Assembly (NCBI GenBank): GCA_963740085.1
Contig: CAVUCU010000007.1
Span: forward strand, 122,835 to 186,834
Origin: Nitrospirota bacterium
GTDB lineage: Bacteria > Nitrospirota > UBA9217
DNA length: 64,000 bases
Reading direction: 5' to 3'
This document shows positions 16,330-25,068 of this stretch, in pieces. The notes under the pieces were generated by a model, which was not told the origin of the DNA, did no database searches, and worked only from the letters and a program-made list of their open reading frames with translations. The first letter of the stretch is position 1. Each line of letters opens with the position of its first letter. The translations under genes were made by a program, and so were the position numbers.

Positions 16330-18612
16330 TTACGCTACTTTAACGCCGCACTTTGCGCAGAACTTCGCATTCGCTCTCATTGAAGAGCCGCAGCCGGCAC
16401 AGAGCCGGCCGGTTCCCTCGCTGAACACGATCGTCGACTGTCCCATGTCTATGACATCACCGTCCGCAAGCACCTGCCTGCCCGTGACCTTCTTTTTGTT
16501 CACATAGGTCCCGGCAATTGAGCCTTTGTCTTCAATGATATAGCGCCCGTTCTCCTGGATGACCTCCGCATGGTGCTGCGCAATATCTTTGTCCTTGAAC
16601 AGGCCGAGCATGTTCCGCTCGTCCCTGCCGATGGTCACGCTCGCGCCGATATCAATAGCCTTTTTCGTTCCCCTGCCCCGCACAAGGCTCAAGTGTCCGG
16701 TCTGATACTGCCGGTCCATCTTTCTGAGCGATATTGTCACGAACCCGGCGATGCTCATCAGGGGGATGACGAAGGCCCAGCCAGGCGTCATGCCGCCCGC
16801 GCCAAAGAGCGACGATTCAGGCTGAAAGTACGTACGCGCAGTACGTGGTCCAGTACCGACTGCAAGCGATACGTTCCTGAGATAGTCGGCCCGCTTCCCG
16901 GTCTGATACGTGATGACATATTCGTTGCGCATCCGGTTGCTGATGGTCAAATAAATCTCCGAGAGGCCGTCCGCCTCGGGAGTGAAAAAATAGGAGCCGC
17001 CGGTCTCTTGCGCTATCCGTTCGAGCCTTGCTTTCCGCACGTCCTTTCCGAGACCGATCACCGTGACCGAAACATAAGCCTTGGCGGCGGACTCGATCGC
17101 CTGGTCCATATCAAGCTCGCCGCGGTTTGCGATACCGTCGGTGAGGACGATCACGGCTTTTCTGCCAGAGACACCGCTGACCGCTTCAACTCCCCGGGCG
17201 ATGCCGTCAAAGAGCGCGGTATGGCCTCCGGGTTGAATGGTCAGAACGGCCTGTCTCAGAATGTTTCGGCTGCCGGTCAGGGACTCGAGCGCGTCCACCT
17301 CGTCACTGAAGGCGAAAAGGGCCGCCCGGTCGCCGGAATCCATGAGCGATATAAAACGCAGCACCGACTCTTTTGCGCGTTCAATTTTCTCTCCGGTCAT
17401 GGACTCGCTCCGGTCCAGCACGATGGCAAGGTTGAGCGGCTCGCGAAGTCCGTTCGCCCCGGCCATCTGCACACTGTCGATCAGGACAGGATAGTTGTTT
17501 TCCGTGATCGTTATATTTCCCCTGGTCAGCCCGAGCACCGGCTTGCCATGTTCATCAATACAGGACAGGTAGGCCTTGACCAGGGGAAAACCGCCCAGAT
17601 CAAACTGGGTGATCTGCACTGATGCCGGCTCGCCGGCCTGCGCCATCGTACCTCCTCCTGAAAAAATCCCAAGCAGAAGCATCACGATTGCCGCCGTGAC
17701 CGCTGCGGCTTTCGCAGGAACCTTGACCGTGGCTTTCTTCACCGCAGAGAACATGAGCAGGATACTGCCCACCCTGATGACATCGCCGTCGGCAAGCCTG
17801 CTGCTTCGCGTCATTTTCTGGTTGATGTATACGGCCTTGCCCTGTTCTTCGGTCTCAATGGAAAAGTGTCCGTTATTCCGCTTTATGACGGCATGCTGTA
17901 TGTTCACGCCTTCCGCACCCGAGAGACAGACATCGGAACGGTCGTCCCTGCCCACCATATTCAGGTCCTTCAGGAGTGAAAACTCTCTGCCGGCATGCCT
18001 TCCTTTGATGACCGTGACCGTTGCCGATATCAAGGCCTCTTCAACAAGACTTATGCAAGAACCTATGGACATTCCAAGCAGCGCAAGACCTGCAAGGGTG
18101 GACCATATCGATGTCACTGAAAGCGCGTTGAATATGCTCCCGCCGATCAGGCCGCCGAGCGAGCCGCCGATGAATCCATAGAGGGCCCGCTCGCGTGACC
18201 GGATCATCAGGCCGCCGCTCAGACCCACCGTGGCGCCGAGCATTGCCCATCCAAGGGCCACGGAAAGGGCTATGCCGACCGAAGCATTGAGTACCATGCC
18301 CTCGGCCACGATCAGTCCGAGCATGGTGAAGATCGTGTTGCCCAGGCCTGCTCCTGCTGCGCCTCCGAGCAGGCCGGCCATAGCGCCATAGAGAGAGCGC
18401 CTGAGCGCGGCCCTGAGCTGCCTGCCCGCTATCGCTTCGTGGCTCCAGATGAAGCCGCCGATGAACATCCCGGCGAGCGCCCCGCGCAAGATCTCCGCAA
18501 GCAATCCCGCTTCAGCAAAGTCCGAAGCCGAAAGGATGAAGAGCCAGGCAGCTGATCCACCGAGTGCGCCTGCCGCTCCGTACGAAAGGGTCTTATTTGA
18601 GAGCCTGATCAT
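16330..18612 (-). CDS. membrane protein with FHA - vWA (MIDAS) - TM - FHA - C-terminal zinc ribbon architecture (760 aa)
   Basis: N-terminal Gly-rich TM helices are followed by FHA1 'MVGRDDRSDVCL...QHAVIKRNNGHFSIE', a vWA with MIDAS 'VLDRSESMTGEKI...IVLTDGIANRG', a TM segment, FHA2 'VTIGRDERNMLG...HHAEVIQENGRYIIEDKGSIAGTYVN' and a zinc ribbon 'CAGCGSSMRANAKFCAKCG'. Confidence 0.8.
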   Translation of the reverse strand: MIRLSNKTLSYGAAGALGGSAAWLFILSASDFAEAGLLAEILRGALAGMFIGGFIWSHEAIAGRQLRAALRRSLYGAMAGLLGGAAGAGLGNTIFTMLGLIVAEGMVLNASVGIALSVALGWAMLGATVGLSGGLMIRSRERALYGFIGGSLGGLIGGSIFNALSVTSIWSTLAGLALLGMSIGSCISLVEEALISATVTVIKGRHAGREFSLLKDLNMVGRDDRSDVCLSGAEGVNIQHAVIKRNNGHFSIETEEQGKAVYINQKMTRSSRLADGDVIRVGSILLMFSAVKKATVKVPAKAAAVTAAIVMLLLGIFSGGGTMAQAGEPASVQITQFDLGGFPLVKAYLSCIDEHGKPVLGLTRGNITITENNYPVLIDSVQMAGANGLREPLNLAIVLDRSESMTGEKIERAKESVLRFISLMDSGDRAALFAFSDEVDALESLTGSRNILRQAVLTIQPGGHTALFDGIARGVEAVSGVSGRKAVIVLTDGIANRGELDMDQAIESAAKAYVSVTVIGLGKDVRKARLERIAQETGGSYFFTPEADGLSEIYLTISNRMRNEYVITYQTGKRADYLRNVSLAVGTGPRTARTYFQPESSLFGAGGMTPGWAFVIPLMSIAGFVTISLRKMDRQYQTGHLSLVRGRGTKKAIDIGASVTIGRDERNMLGLFKDKDIAQHHAEVIQENGRYIIEDKGSIAGTYVNKKKVTGRQVLADGDVIDMGQSTIVFSEGTGRLCAGCGSSMRANAKFCAKCGVKVA

Positions 18613-18725
18613 TTTAATCCTCCCTTAATCGATGGACGAGGGACGACCGCTCGCTTTCGCTCGCTCGGACGAAAGACGATTCTTTTGCGCGTCCGTCGTC
18701 CCTCGTCTCTCGTCCATCGTGATTG

Positions 18726-19169
18726 CTATGCCGCCTGGAGCGTCAATGCCAGCTTTCCGAATCTGAGCTCGTCGCCCGCTTTGACCATCTGTGGCGCATG
18801 GGGCTGGATCTTCTTCTTGTTGATATAGGTGCCGTTCGTGGAACCCATGTCCTCAACCGTGTAGTTTGCGCCCGACCGGTGAATGACCGCATGTTTGCGG
18901 GATACGCCCTTATCCATGCCGCCAAGATTGGTCAGGTCCAGATCCGGGAACACATCGCTGATGGGGTCCTCTCTGCCGATAATGATCTCGTCCTTAACAG
19001 GGATCTCGAGCGAGTTGCCATCGATGGACATGAGCACCAGACTTGTCCCTTCGCTGTCCATTTCAGCGGCCGTGTCCTTGCCTTCGATTACGGTTTCAAG
19101 CTTTGCTCCGCACTCTTCGCAGAAGAGCGCTCCTTCGATGTTTTCTATCTGACATGCTGTGCATTTCAT
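18726..19169 (-). CDS. zinc-ribbon + FHA domain protein (147 aa)
   Basis: 'CTACQIENIEGALFCEECG' is followed by FHA 'IIIGREDPI...SRKHAVIHRSGANYTVEDMGSTNGTYIN'. Confidence 0.8.
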   Translation of the reverse strand: MKCTACQIENIEGALFCEECGAKLETVIEGKDTAAEMDSEGTSLVLMSIDGNSLEIPVKDEIIIGREDPISDVFPDLDLTNLGGMDKGVSRKHAVIHRSGANYTVEDMGSTNGTYINKKKIQPHAPQMVKAGDELRFGKLALTLQAA

Positions 19170-19263
19170 GGTAATACCCTCCTTTTTTTAATTATGCATG
19201 GCGCATAGCGCATGGTGCATAGGGTTATGTCTCTCTGACTCCTGACTCCTGACTCCTCACGCC

Positions 19264-20529
19264 TCACTGCTTCATCGCCTGCGTCATTGCCTGGGTAAGC
19301 TTCCGTGTGCCGTACTCGAGTTTCTTGGTTCCTGCCGAGGTGAGCGCTCCGGTCTTCTTGAGCGAGAAGATCTCCCGCTCTGCTGCCTCAGCCAGGTCAT
19401 CCTCGCCCAGGTTCAGGAGCACGGTTGCCGCCGACTGGAGCTTCTGCGTGGCTGCCGCGATATTCCCCGCCTCCACCTCGGTGAGCGCCCTGGTCTGGAG
19501 CTTGAAGGCGCTCACCTTCTCTACCAGGTTCATCACCTCGGCGTTCACCTTCGCTGCGGCTGCAGCGTCCTTGGTAAAGGTGACGAACAAATCCGTCTTG
19601 ACGGAGCGGTCCTTGCTGTTCTGCGAGGGGAGGTCATAGCTGACCTCCACCTGCCCAAGTCGGAACTGACCCGCCTTTTGTGCGGGAATTCGCGCTTCTA
19701 TCAAAATTGACTGGCCTTTCCTGCCGTCAAGAGCACCGAGCTCGGTCATGACCGCGCCATTGCGCACGGCCCTCGTGCTCACATCGACGATCAGGGGAGA
19801 GGTGACATATACTTTGTACGGCTTCACACCCCGGCTCATGCGGGCCGTTACCCTGAGGTTCATCGCTGCAACGGCCTGCATGCCCTCCACTTCCTGTTGA
19901 AACGCATCAAGGATAGCGATGGGGTTCTGGATCCAGTGCGAGTTTCCCCGGGATTGCTCGGCAAGCCGGAGCAGGAGTTTCTCGTTCCATTCATTACCGA
20001 TGCCGATGCTCGTTATCGCGATGCCCTGCTTTCCTGCCTCTTCAGCAAGTTTGAGACACACGTCTTCGTCATCCCACGTCTGTCCGTCCGTAAGCAGAAG
20101 GATCCGGTTCACGCGGTCCTTTGCATGGCCCTTCTTCACCTCTGCCAGACCTGCCTTGAGCCCATCAGAGATCTGGGTGCCGCCGCGTGCGATCACGTTC
20201 GCGAGCTTGCCCTTGATCTCCTCGCGATTCTGCGCCGGTTGGCTCGGTATCAGCGTCTCGACCTGATCGTCAAAGATCGTGACGGAGATGAGGTCGTCAT
20301 CGCTCAAATGGTCCACCACGTATCCCACCGCTTCTTTTAAATTGTCCAGTTTCTCGCCATCCATGGAACCGCTCCGGTCGAGCACCAGGCTGAAGTTCGC
20401 CGGCATGTTGCCTGAAACCGGCCCGCTCCCGGCTTTGATGTCAACGAGAGCATAGATTGCCTGTTCCGTCTCTGTGGCCAGCACCGTGTCCTTGCTCATA
20501 ATGCATCGTACCTCTAATCCGTTCTTCAT
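19264..20529 (-). CDS. von Willebrand factor A domain protein (421 aa) with uncharacterised C-terminal helical region
   Basis: MIDAS 'LVLDRSGSMDGEKL' plus 'ISVTIFDDQV' and 'LLLTDGQTWDDE' are present. Confidence 0.8.
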   Translation of the reverse strand: MKNGLEVRCIMSKDTVLATETEQAIYALVDIKAGSGPVSGNMPANFSLVLDRSGSMDGEKLDNLKEAVGYVVDHLSDDDLISVTIFDDQVETLIPSQPAQNREEIKGKLANVIARGGTQISDGLKAGLAEVKKGHAKDRVNRILLLTDGQTWDDEDVCLKLAEEAGKQGIAITSIGIGNEWNEKLLLRLAEQSRGNSHWIQNPIAILDAFQQEVEGMQAVAAMNLRVTARMSRGVKPYKVYVTSPLIVDVSTRAVRNGAVMTELGALDGRKGQSILIEARIPAQKAGQFRLGQVEVSYDLPSQNSKDRSVKTDLFVTFTKDAAAAAKVNAEVMNLVEKVSAFKLQTRALTEVEAGNIAAATQKLQSAATVLLNLGEDDLAEAAEREIFSLKKTGALTSAGTKKLEYGTRKLTQAMTQAMKQ

Positions 20530-20597
20530 TGTCTATTCCTCCTTTGTCATTCGCATGGTGTCTAAGGCATGGAGCATAGGGTGCTGTCCTCCGCCCT

Positions 20598-21554
20598 CTA
20601 TCCCACCGTAACCACTACCGCGGTAATATTGTCCTTGCCGCCATGTGCGTTCGCCAACCGAACCAGTTCCTCACTCGCTGACCGTGCATCTTTTCCGGAT
20701 AAAACGGCCTGGTGAATGTCCTTATCTCTCACCTCTCCCCAGAGTCCATCCGTGCACAGCATGAGATGACCGCCCTTTTTCAGCTCCACCCGGAATGTAT
20801 CCACGGTGATATTCTCATCAGTCCCGATCGTGCGATAGAGCAGATTGGACTTGGGGTGGCCCCTTGCCTCTTCTTTCGTCATTTTCCCAATGGCAACCAG
20901 CTTTGCAACCAGGGAATGGTCCCGGGTGATCTGGGTGATGGACCGTTCTTCTATCCAGTAGACCCTGCTGTCCCCGACATTCGCGATATAGGCGGTATTG
21001 TCAATTACCAGCGCGAGACTGATCGTAGTCCCCATGTTCGATCCCCTGTGCGCGCCCTCTTTTTTCACTTCGCTGTTTGCCTTCCGCACGACATGCTCGA
21101 TGAGCTTGAGTGGGTTCTCGTTCTGCTCCAGATGTTCTTCTATTTCCCTGCAAGCGGTCTCCACCGCGATCCTGCTTGCAACTTCTCCTGCGTCGTGTCC
21201 GCCCATACCGTCAGCCACGACATACAAAGACGCTTTCCCGAAAGAAACACAGGAGAAGCTGTCCTCGTTCTGGGGCCTGACCATGCCCGTGTTCGTCAGA
21301 CCATGCCAGGCATCGGACACTGGTACGGGCACAGGACATCCGGCGTCAAGATCAGCCGCTGCACCTGTCTCAGGCCTCAGCCTCCGCGTATAGGCCGGTT
21401 GGAGCACCTGAGTCATTGATCTGGGTGTCTCTACGAAGGGAAATATTGCCCTTGCTTCAAGAACCTCGTCTGTCAATGTATGCTTTGCAGTTGCCTCCAT
21501 CTTCTCGCCCCTTGTAAACATATTTTTCATCCAGTTTATCCAACCATGTGCCAT
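20598..21554 (-). CDS. PP2C-family Ser/Thr protein phosphatase with N-terminal extension
   Basis: 'VRPQNEDSF', 'VVADGMGGHDAGEVASRIAVE' and 'HGGKDNITAVVV' are present. Confidence 0.8.
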   Translation of the reverse strand: MAHGWINWMKNMFTRGEKMEATAKHTLTDEVLEARAIFPFVETPRSMTQVLQPAYTRRLRPETGAAADLDAGCPVPVPVSDAWHGLTNTGMVRPQNEDSFSCVSFGKASLYVVADGMGGHDAGEVASRIAVETACREIEEHLEQNENPLKLIEHVVRKANSEVKKEGAHRGSNMGTTISLALVIDNTAYIANVGDSRVYWIEERSITQITRDHSLVAKLVAIGKMTKEEARGHPKSNLLYRTIGTDENITVDTFRVELKKGGHLMLCTDGLWGEVRDKDIHQAVLSGKDARSASEELVRLANAHGGKDNITAVVVTVG

Positions 21555-21609
21555 GGTCAGCTCCTGTTCTTTTCATCCGATTCTCAGCTCGCCATCTTGG
21601 TCTACTCAT

Positions 21610-21626
21610 TTGCATCTGCCATGCCA
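21610..21626 (-). promoter_or_regulatory. putative sigma-54 promoter (minus strand reads TGGCATGGCAGATGCAA; GG-N10-GC spacing correct) about 45 nt upstream of the PP2C/vWA/FHA/kinase operon
   Basis: The reverse complement of 21610-21626 matches TGGCAC-N5-TTGCA at 13/16 positions with invariant GG and GC. It is near-identical to the second site at 33919-33934. Confidence 0.5.
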
Positions 21627-22076
21627 GAATTGAAATGAACGATCGCGACGGCACACGGGCAGACAGAAGTCTTTACGATACAGACGGTTGTGGGTATTGA
21701 TGCTGCGGGTGTATTGCTCGGGTGGGGGGGATGATTCGCTGGAAATTATATGGTTATCGAAAGGGGGTATTCGATTTTCGAAGACTAGTGCACGGTAAAA
21801 CTAATTCTTGATTATATTGCACACATATTTATCGTTTATTACCTTGGCATGATTTTAGTTACAGCTAAGTCAATGCATACCTAAAAGGGAAGAATATTTA
21901 ACCGCGAAGGCGCCAAGTACGCGAAGAAAATCTATGGGCTTTTGTTTTAAACACGAAAGCTTTTTTGACGTCCTTTGCGACCCTGGCGCCTTTGCGGTTC
22001 AAAGACTTTGGTTTCGGCTTTTCCGGGTTAGGTAACATGACGGTTCGGAACCATCAACAATTAATTTTATGAGGTA

Positions 22077-22580
22077 CTAGTGTTCTTTGAGAAGGACTTC
22101 GGTGACAGCCTTGCGGCTCGATGCATGTTTCTGTGCCTTGGGATGACCGACGGCAACGACTGCCATGAGCTCCATCTCTTTTGGCAAACCGAGAAGCGTG
22201 CGCACCGCCTCGGCATTCTTGAGGATCTCCCCAAGCCAGACCGCACCCAACCCCATCGCGTGAGCCGCGAGAAGCATGTTCTGGATGCAGGCACCCATGG
22301 CCTGGTGATCCTTTACGTCGTTATACATTACCGTCCTGTCAACGAAAACGGCAATGCAGGCCGGCGCCCGTTCGATAACAAAGCCGTAGTTTGTCTGCTT
22401 GCCAAGCTCCTTCTTGACGTCTGTCTTCTGAACGATCACGAACCGCCACGGCTGGTTGTTCAACCCCGACGGCGCCCATGTCCCGGCCTTGATGATCTCG
22501 AGCAACCGATCCCGCTCAACAGTCTGTTCAGTAAATTCCCGAACGCTCCGGCGCGTATATATTCCTTCGAGAATATCCAT
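22077..22580 (-). CDS. nitroreductase family protein
   Basis: 'RRSVREF', 'AGTWAPSGLNNQPWRFVIV' and 'AMGLGAVWLG' are present. Confidence 0.8.
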   Translation of the reverse strand: MDILEGIYTRRSVREFTEQTVERDRLLEIIKAGTWAPSGLNNQPWRFVIVQKTDVKKELGKQTNYGFVIERAPACIAVFVDRTVMYNDVKDHQAMGACIQNMLLAAHAMGLGAVWLGEILKNAEAVRTLLGLPKEMELMAVVAVGHPKAQKHASSRKAVTEVLLKEH

Positions 22581-22583
22581 TCG

Positions 22584-23102
22584 TTATGGCTTCACCTGCT
22601 CGACAAATCTTCCCCGATAGGTGGCATGACCATCGCATTTTTCAAATACGAACTGGCAGATCCTGGTGCCCGGATAGAGCGCTAACGGACCATGTCCCAA
22701 ATTCACCATTTCCAGGACCTGATGGTTGGCAATGCCGGGATGCATAAAACCAGCGGTCACATGAACTGCCAGTCCAAAACGCGCAAATCTGCTTCTTCCT
22801 TCAAGACGGCCGGATATGTTGTCGGCAAGCGTGATCTTTTCTTTCGTGATACCCAGGATCATCTCATCCGGCTTGATAACGATATAATCGCCGTCTTTCA
22901 CGTGGACACCCCTGGTTATGTCCTGAAAATGAGAATCGTTTTTTATGTGATAGATCTTTGATCGCTTTTTAAAGATCCTGAAATCATTGCCGAGGGAAAG
23001 ATCGATTGAACCCGGTCCGATCTGCGATCTGTCGAGCGGTTCAACAATTATCGATCTCTTCTTTAAAGCCTTCTCTATTTCTTTTCCGATCAAGACGCTC
23101 AT
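22584..23102 (-). CDS. dcd: dCTP deaminase
   Basis: 'IGPGSIDLSLGN' and 'LEMVNLGHGPLALYPG' are dUTPase/dCTP deaminase-fold motifs. Confidence 0.85.
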   Translation of the reverse strand: MSVLIGKEIEKALKKRSIIVEPLDRSQIGPGSIDLSLGNDFRIFKKRSKIYHIKNDSHFQDITRGVHVKDGDYIVIKPDEMILGITKEKITLADNISGRLEGRSRFARFGLAVHVTAGFMHPGIANHQVLEMVNLGHGPLALYPGTRICQFVFEKCDGHATYRGRFVEQVKP

Positions 23103-23134
23103 GGTATGTTAGCCCCTTTGGTCATTATTTTTTC

Positions 23135-23332
23135 CTGACCCGGACAGGCTTGAACCAAATATGCCACAATGGCCAAAAAGAGGGCCACACTGAGACACCC
23201 TCGACAGATTCGTTCGAGGGCAGGCTTCGGCACGAAGAAGTTCAAATATAGGTTTGTGATTTAAACTCCTTAATTCTTCGTGTTTTCTTTGTGCCTTAGA
23301 GCCGTCGTGGCTGAATTTTGTTTCCATTGAGT
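23135..23332. repeat. intergenic repeat family copy B (contains an extra internal hairpin CCCTCGACAGATTCGTTCGAGGG)
   Basis: It aligns with copies A and C and lies between the C-N hydrolase and dcd genes on the same strand. Confidence 0.5.
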
Positions 23333-23419
23333 TGCCCGGGTAATCAGGTTGTCGCAGCCACGGGAAGGAAGATAGGCCGGGATGTATTTTTGTTTGAAAA
23401 GCCGGCGCACCCGGCAGAA

Positions 23420-24226
23420 CTACTTCACCAGTTCGCCGTACTCGCCGGGCTTGCGATTCCTGAGGAACCCCCAGGTCTCCGTGGCAGCTGCGCGCTCCGC
23501 AATGTCGATATCGGCAAGAACGATCGCCTCCTTGCTGCCGGCAAGCTCGGATGCCATCTCGCCCCAGGGGTCCACACAGAAGCTCCTGCCGTAGAACGAG
23601 ACGCCATCCTCCTGACCCACACGGTTGACCCGGAAGATGTACATATTGTTGGCGAAGGCGTTGGCGCATATGGCCCGCTCCCAGAGGCTGTGCGTATTGA
23701 GCGACGCGGCAGTCGGCGCGAACACGATCTCGGCGCCCTTGAGAGCGAGGACCCGGCTGCCCTCGGGGAAAAGGTTGTCCCAGCAGATCTGGACACCGAT
23801 CCTGCCCTGCGACGTCTCGAACACGGGGATCCCGGAATCTCCGGGAGAAAAGTAGAATTGTTCGCGGTACAGGGGGAGATCGGGAATGTGCAATTTGCGA
23901 TAGACGCCGAGCAGCTTGCCGCGATCAAAGACCGCCGCGCTGTTATAATACGTGCCGCTGACGGACTCGAAGAACGGGACGATGAGCACGGTCCCGGTCT
24001 TCTCGGAAACCTTCTGAAACCGGCCGAGCGTCTCGCCGAGAGAGCTGATCGCCCAGGAAAAGAGCGACTTGTTTTCCTGTTTCGGGAACCAGGTTGTAAG
24101 GAACAGCTCGGGATAACAGATGACACTGGCATCCTTTTCAGCCGCCACTTCGGCCATTTCCACGGCGCGCTGGATATTCCTTCCGACATCCTGACCAGCG
24201 CTGATTTGTATTCCGGCTATTCGCAT
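23420..24226 (-). CDS. carbon-nitrogen hydrolase (nitrilase superfamily) protein
   Basis: 'MRIAGIQISAG', the Glu context 'CYPELF', the Lys context 'YRKLHIP' and the Cys context 'GVQICWDNLFPE' are present. Confidence 0.8.
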   Translation of the reverse strand: MRIAGIQISAGQDVGRNIQRAVEMAEVAAEKDASVICYPELFLTTWFPKQENKSLFSWAISSLGETLGRFQKVSEKTGTVLIVPFFESVSGTYYNSAAVFDRGKLLGVYRKLHIPDLPLYREQFYFSPGDSGIPVFETSQGRIGVQICWDNLFPEGSRVLALKGAEIVFAPTAASLNTHSLWERAICANAFANNMYIFRVNRVGQEDGVSFYGRSFCVDPWGEMASELAGSKEAIVLADIDIAERAAATETWGFLRNRKPGEYGELVK

Positions 24227-24332
24227 GGAGATCTCATTTGCCTTGATGCACCAGATTCAGGGTTGGTCGCCTTGGAAGACAGGCCCTTCCTTCATGCTGT
24301 CAGACCCTTCAGACAACGTGCGGCTGCGGTAT

Positions 24333-24965
24333 CTACAGAATCAGTTCCATAATCTCATCAAGCGGTTTTCTATTCCGTGCAGGAGGGTCCTCATCCGGCA
24401 CGCCGATGGGCAACAGCGCAGCAATGAAGGTATCCTTGCCGTAACCCAATAATTTTTCGAAAGTTTCCTGCGCCACGAGCGGTCCGGTCATCCAGCAGGA
24501 ACCATAACCGAGCGCGTGGACCGCGAGCAGCATGTTCTGGATCGCGGCGGAAACGCTCTGCAAACCGGGCTGGGGCCGGAGCCGCATGATATCACCGGCT
24601 GAATAGCCCATCCTGGCAAGCAGACGGTCAGTTCCCGCGCTGTATTTTGCCATGAACACGGCGATCACGAGCGGGGCATTCTCAAAAAAAGTATAAAAGC
24701 TGCTCTTGTACGCGGCAAGCCGCTGCGCCTGCTTCTCGTTCTCGGCATAAGGGAGCATCCGGTCGACCATCTCCCGCGCCGCATCAGCCATCCTCTTGAG
24801 AAGCGCCTTGTCCCTGATGATGACGAACCTCCACGGCTGGGAGTTATTCGCGCTCGGCGCAAATCTCCCTGCATCGAGAATTTTGTTCAGGTCCTCATCA
24901 GGAACCAACGTCTGCTTGAACCGGCGGATGCTTTTTCTTCCCTGAATTGCGTCGAAGAGATCCAT
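24333..24965 (-). CDS. nitroreductase family protein (second paralog)
   Basis: 'RKSIRRF' and 'SANNSQPWRFVII' are present. Confidence 0.75.
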   Translation of the reverse strand: MDLFDAIQGRKSIRRFKQTLVPDEDLNKILDAGRFAPSANNSQPWRFVIIRDKALLKRMADAAREMVDRMLPYAENEKQAQRLAAYKSSFYTFFENAPLVIAVFMAKYSAGTDRLLARMGYSAGDIMRLRPQPGLQSVSAAIQNMLLAVHALGYGSCWMTGPLVAQETFEKLLGYGKDTFIAALLPIGVPDEDPPARNRKPLDEIMELIL

Positions 24966-25068
24966 AAGTTAGTACGGTTCACCGTTCAGAGTTCAAAGTT
25001 CAGAGTAGTTTTCAATTGATGGTGTTAGAACTACGAACTTTGAACTATGTACTCTGAACTCGGCTTTT

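Noticed and set aside
16570-17622. 350-aa + strand ORF
   Set aside because: It is antisense to the FHA-vWA-FHA gene. It is a shadow ORF.
23318-24352. 344-aa + strand ORF and 254-aa same-strand alternate frame (23425-24189)
   Set aside because: Both overlap the clearly motif-bearing C-N hydrolase gene. They are Arg/Ala/Pro-rich shadows.
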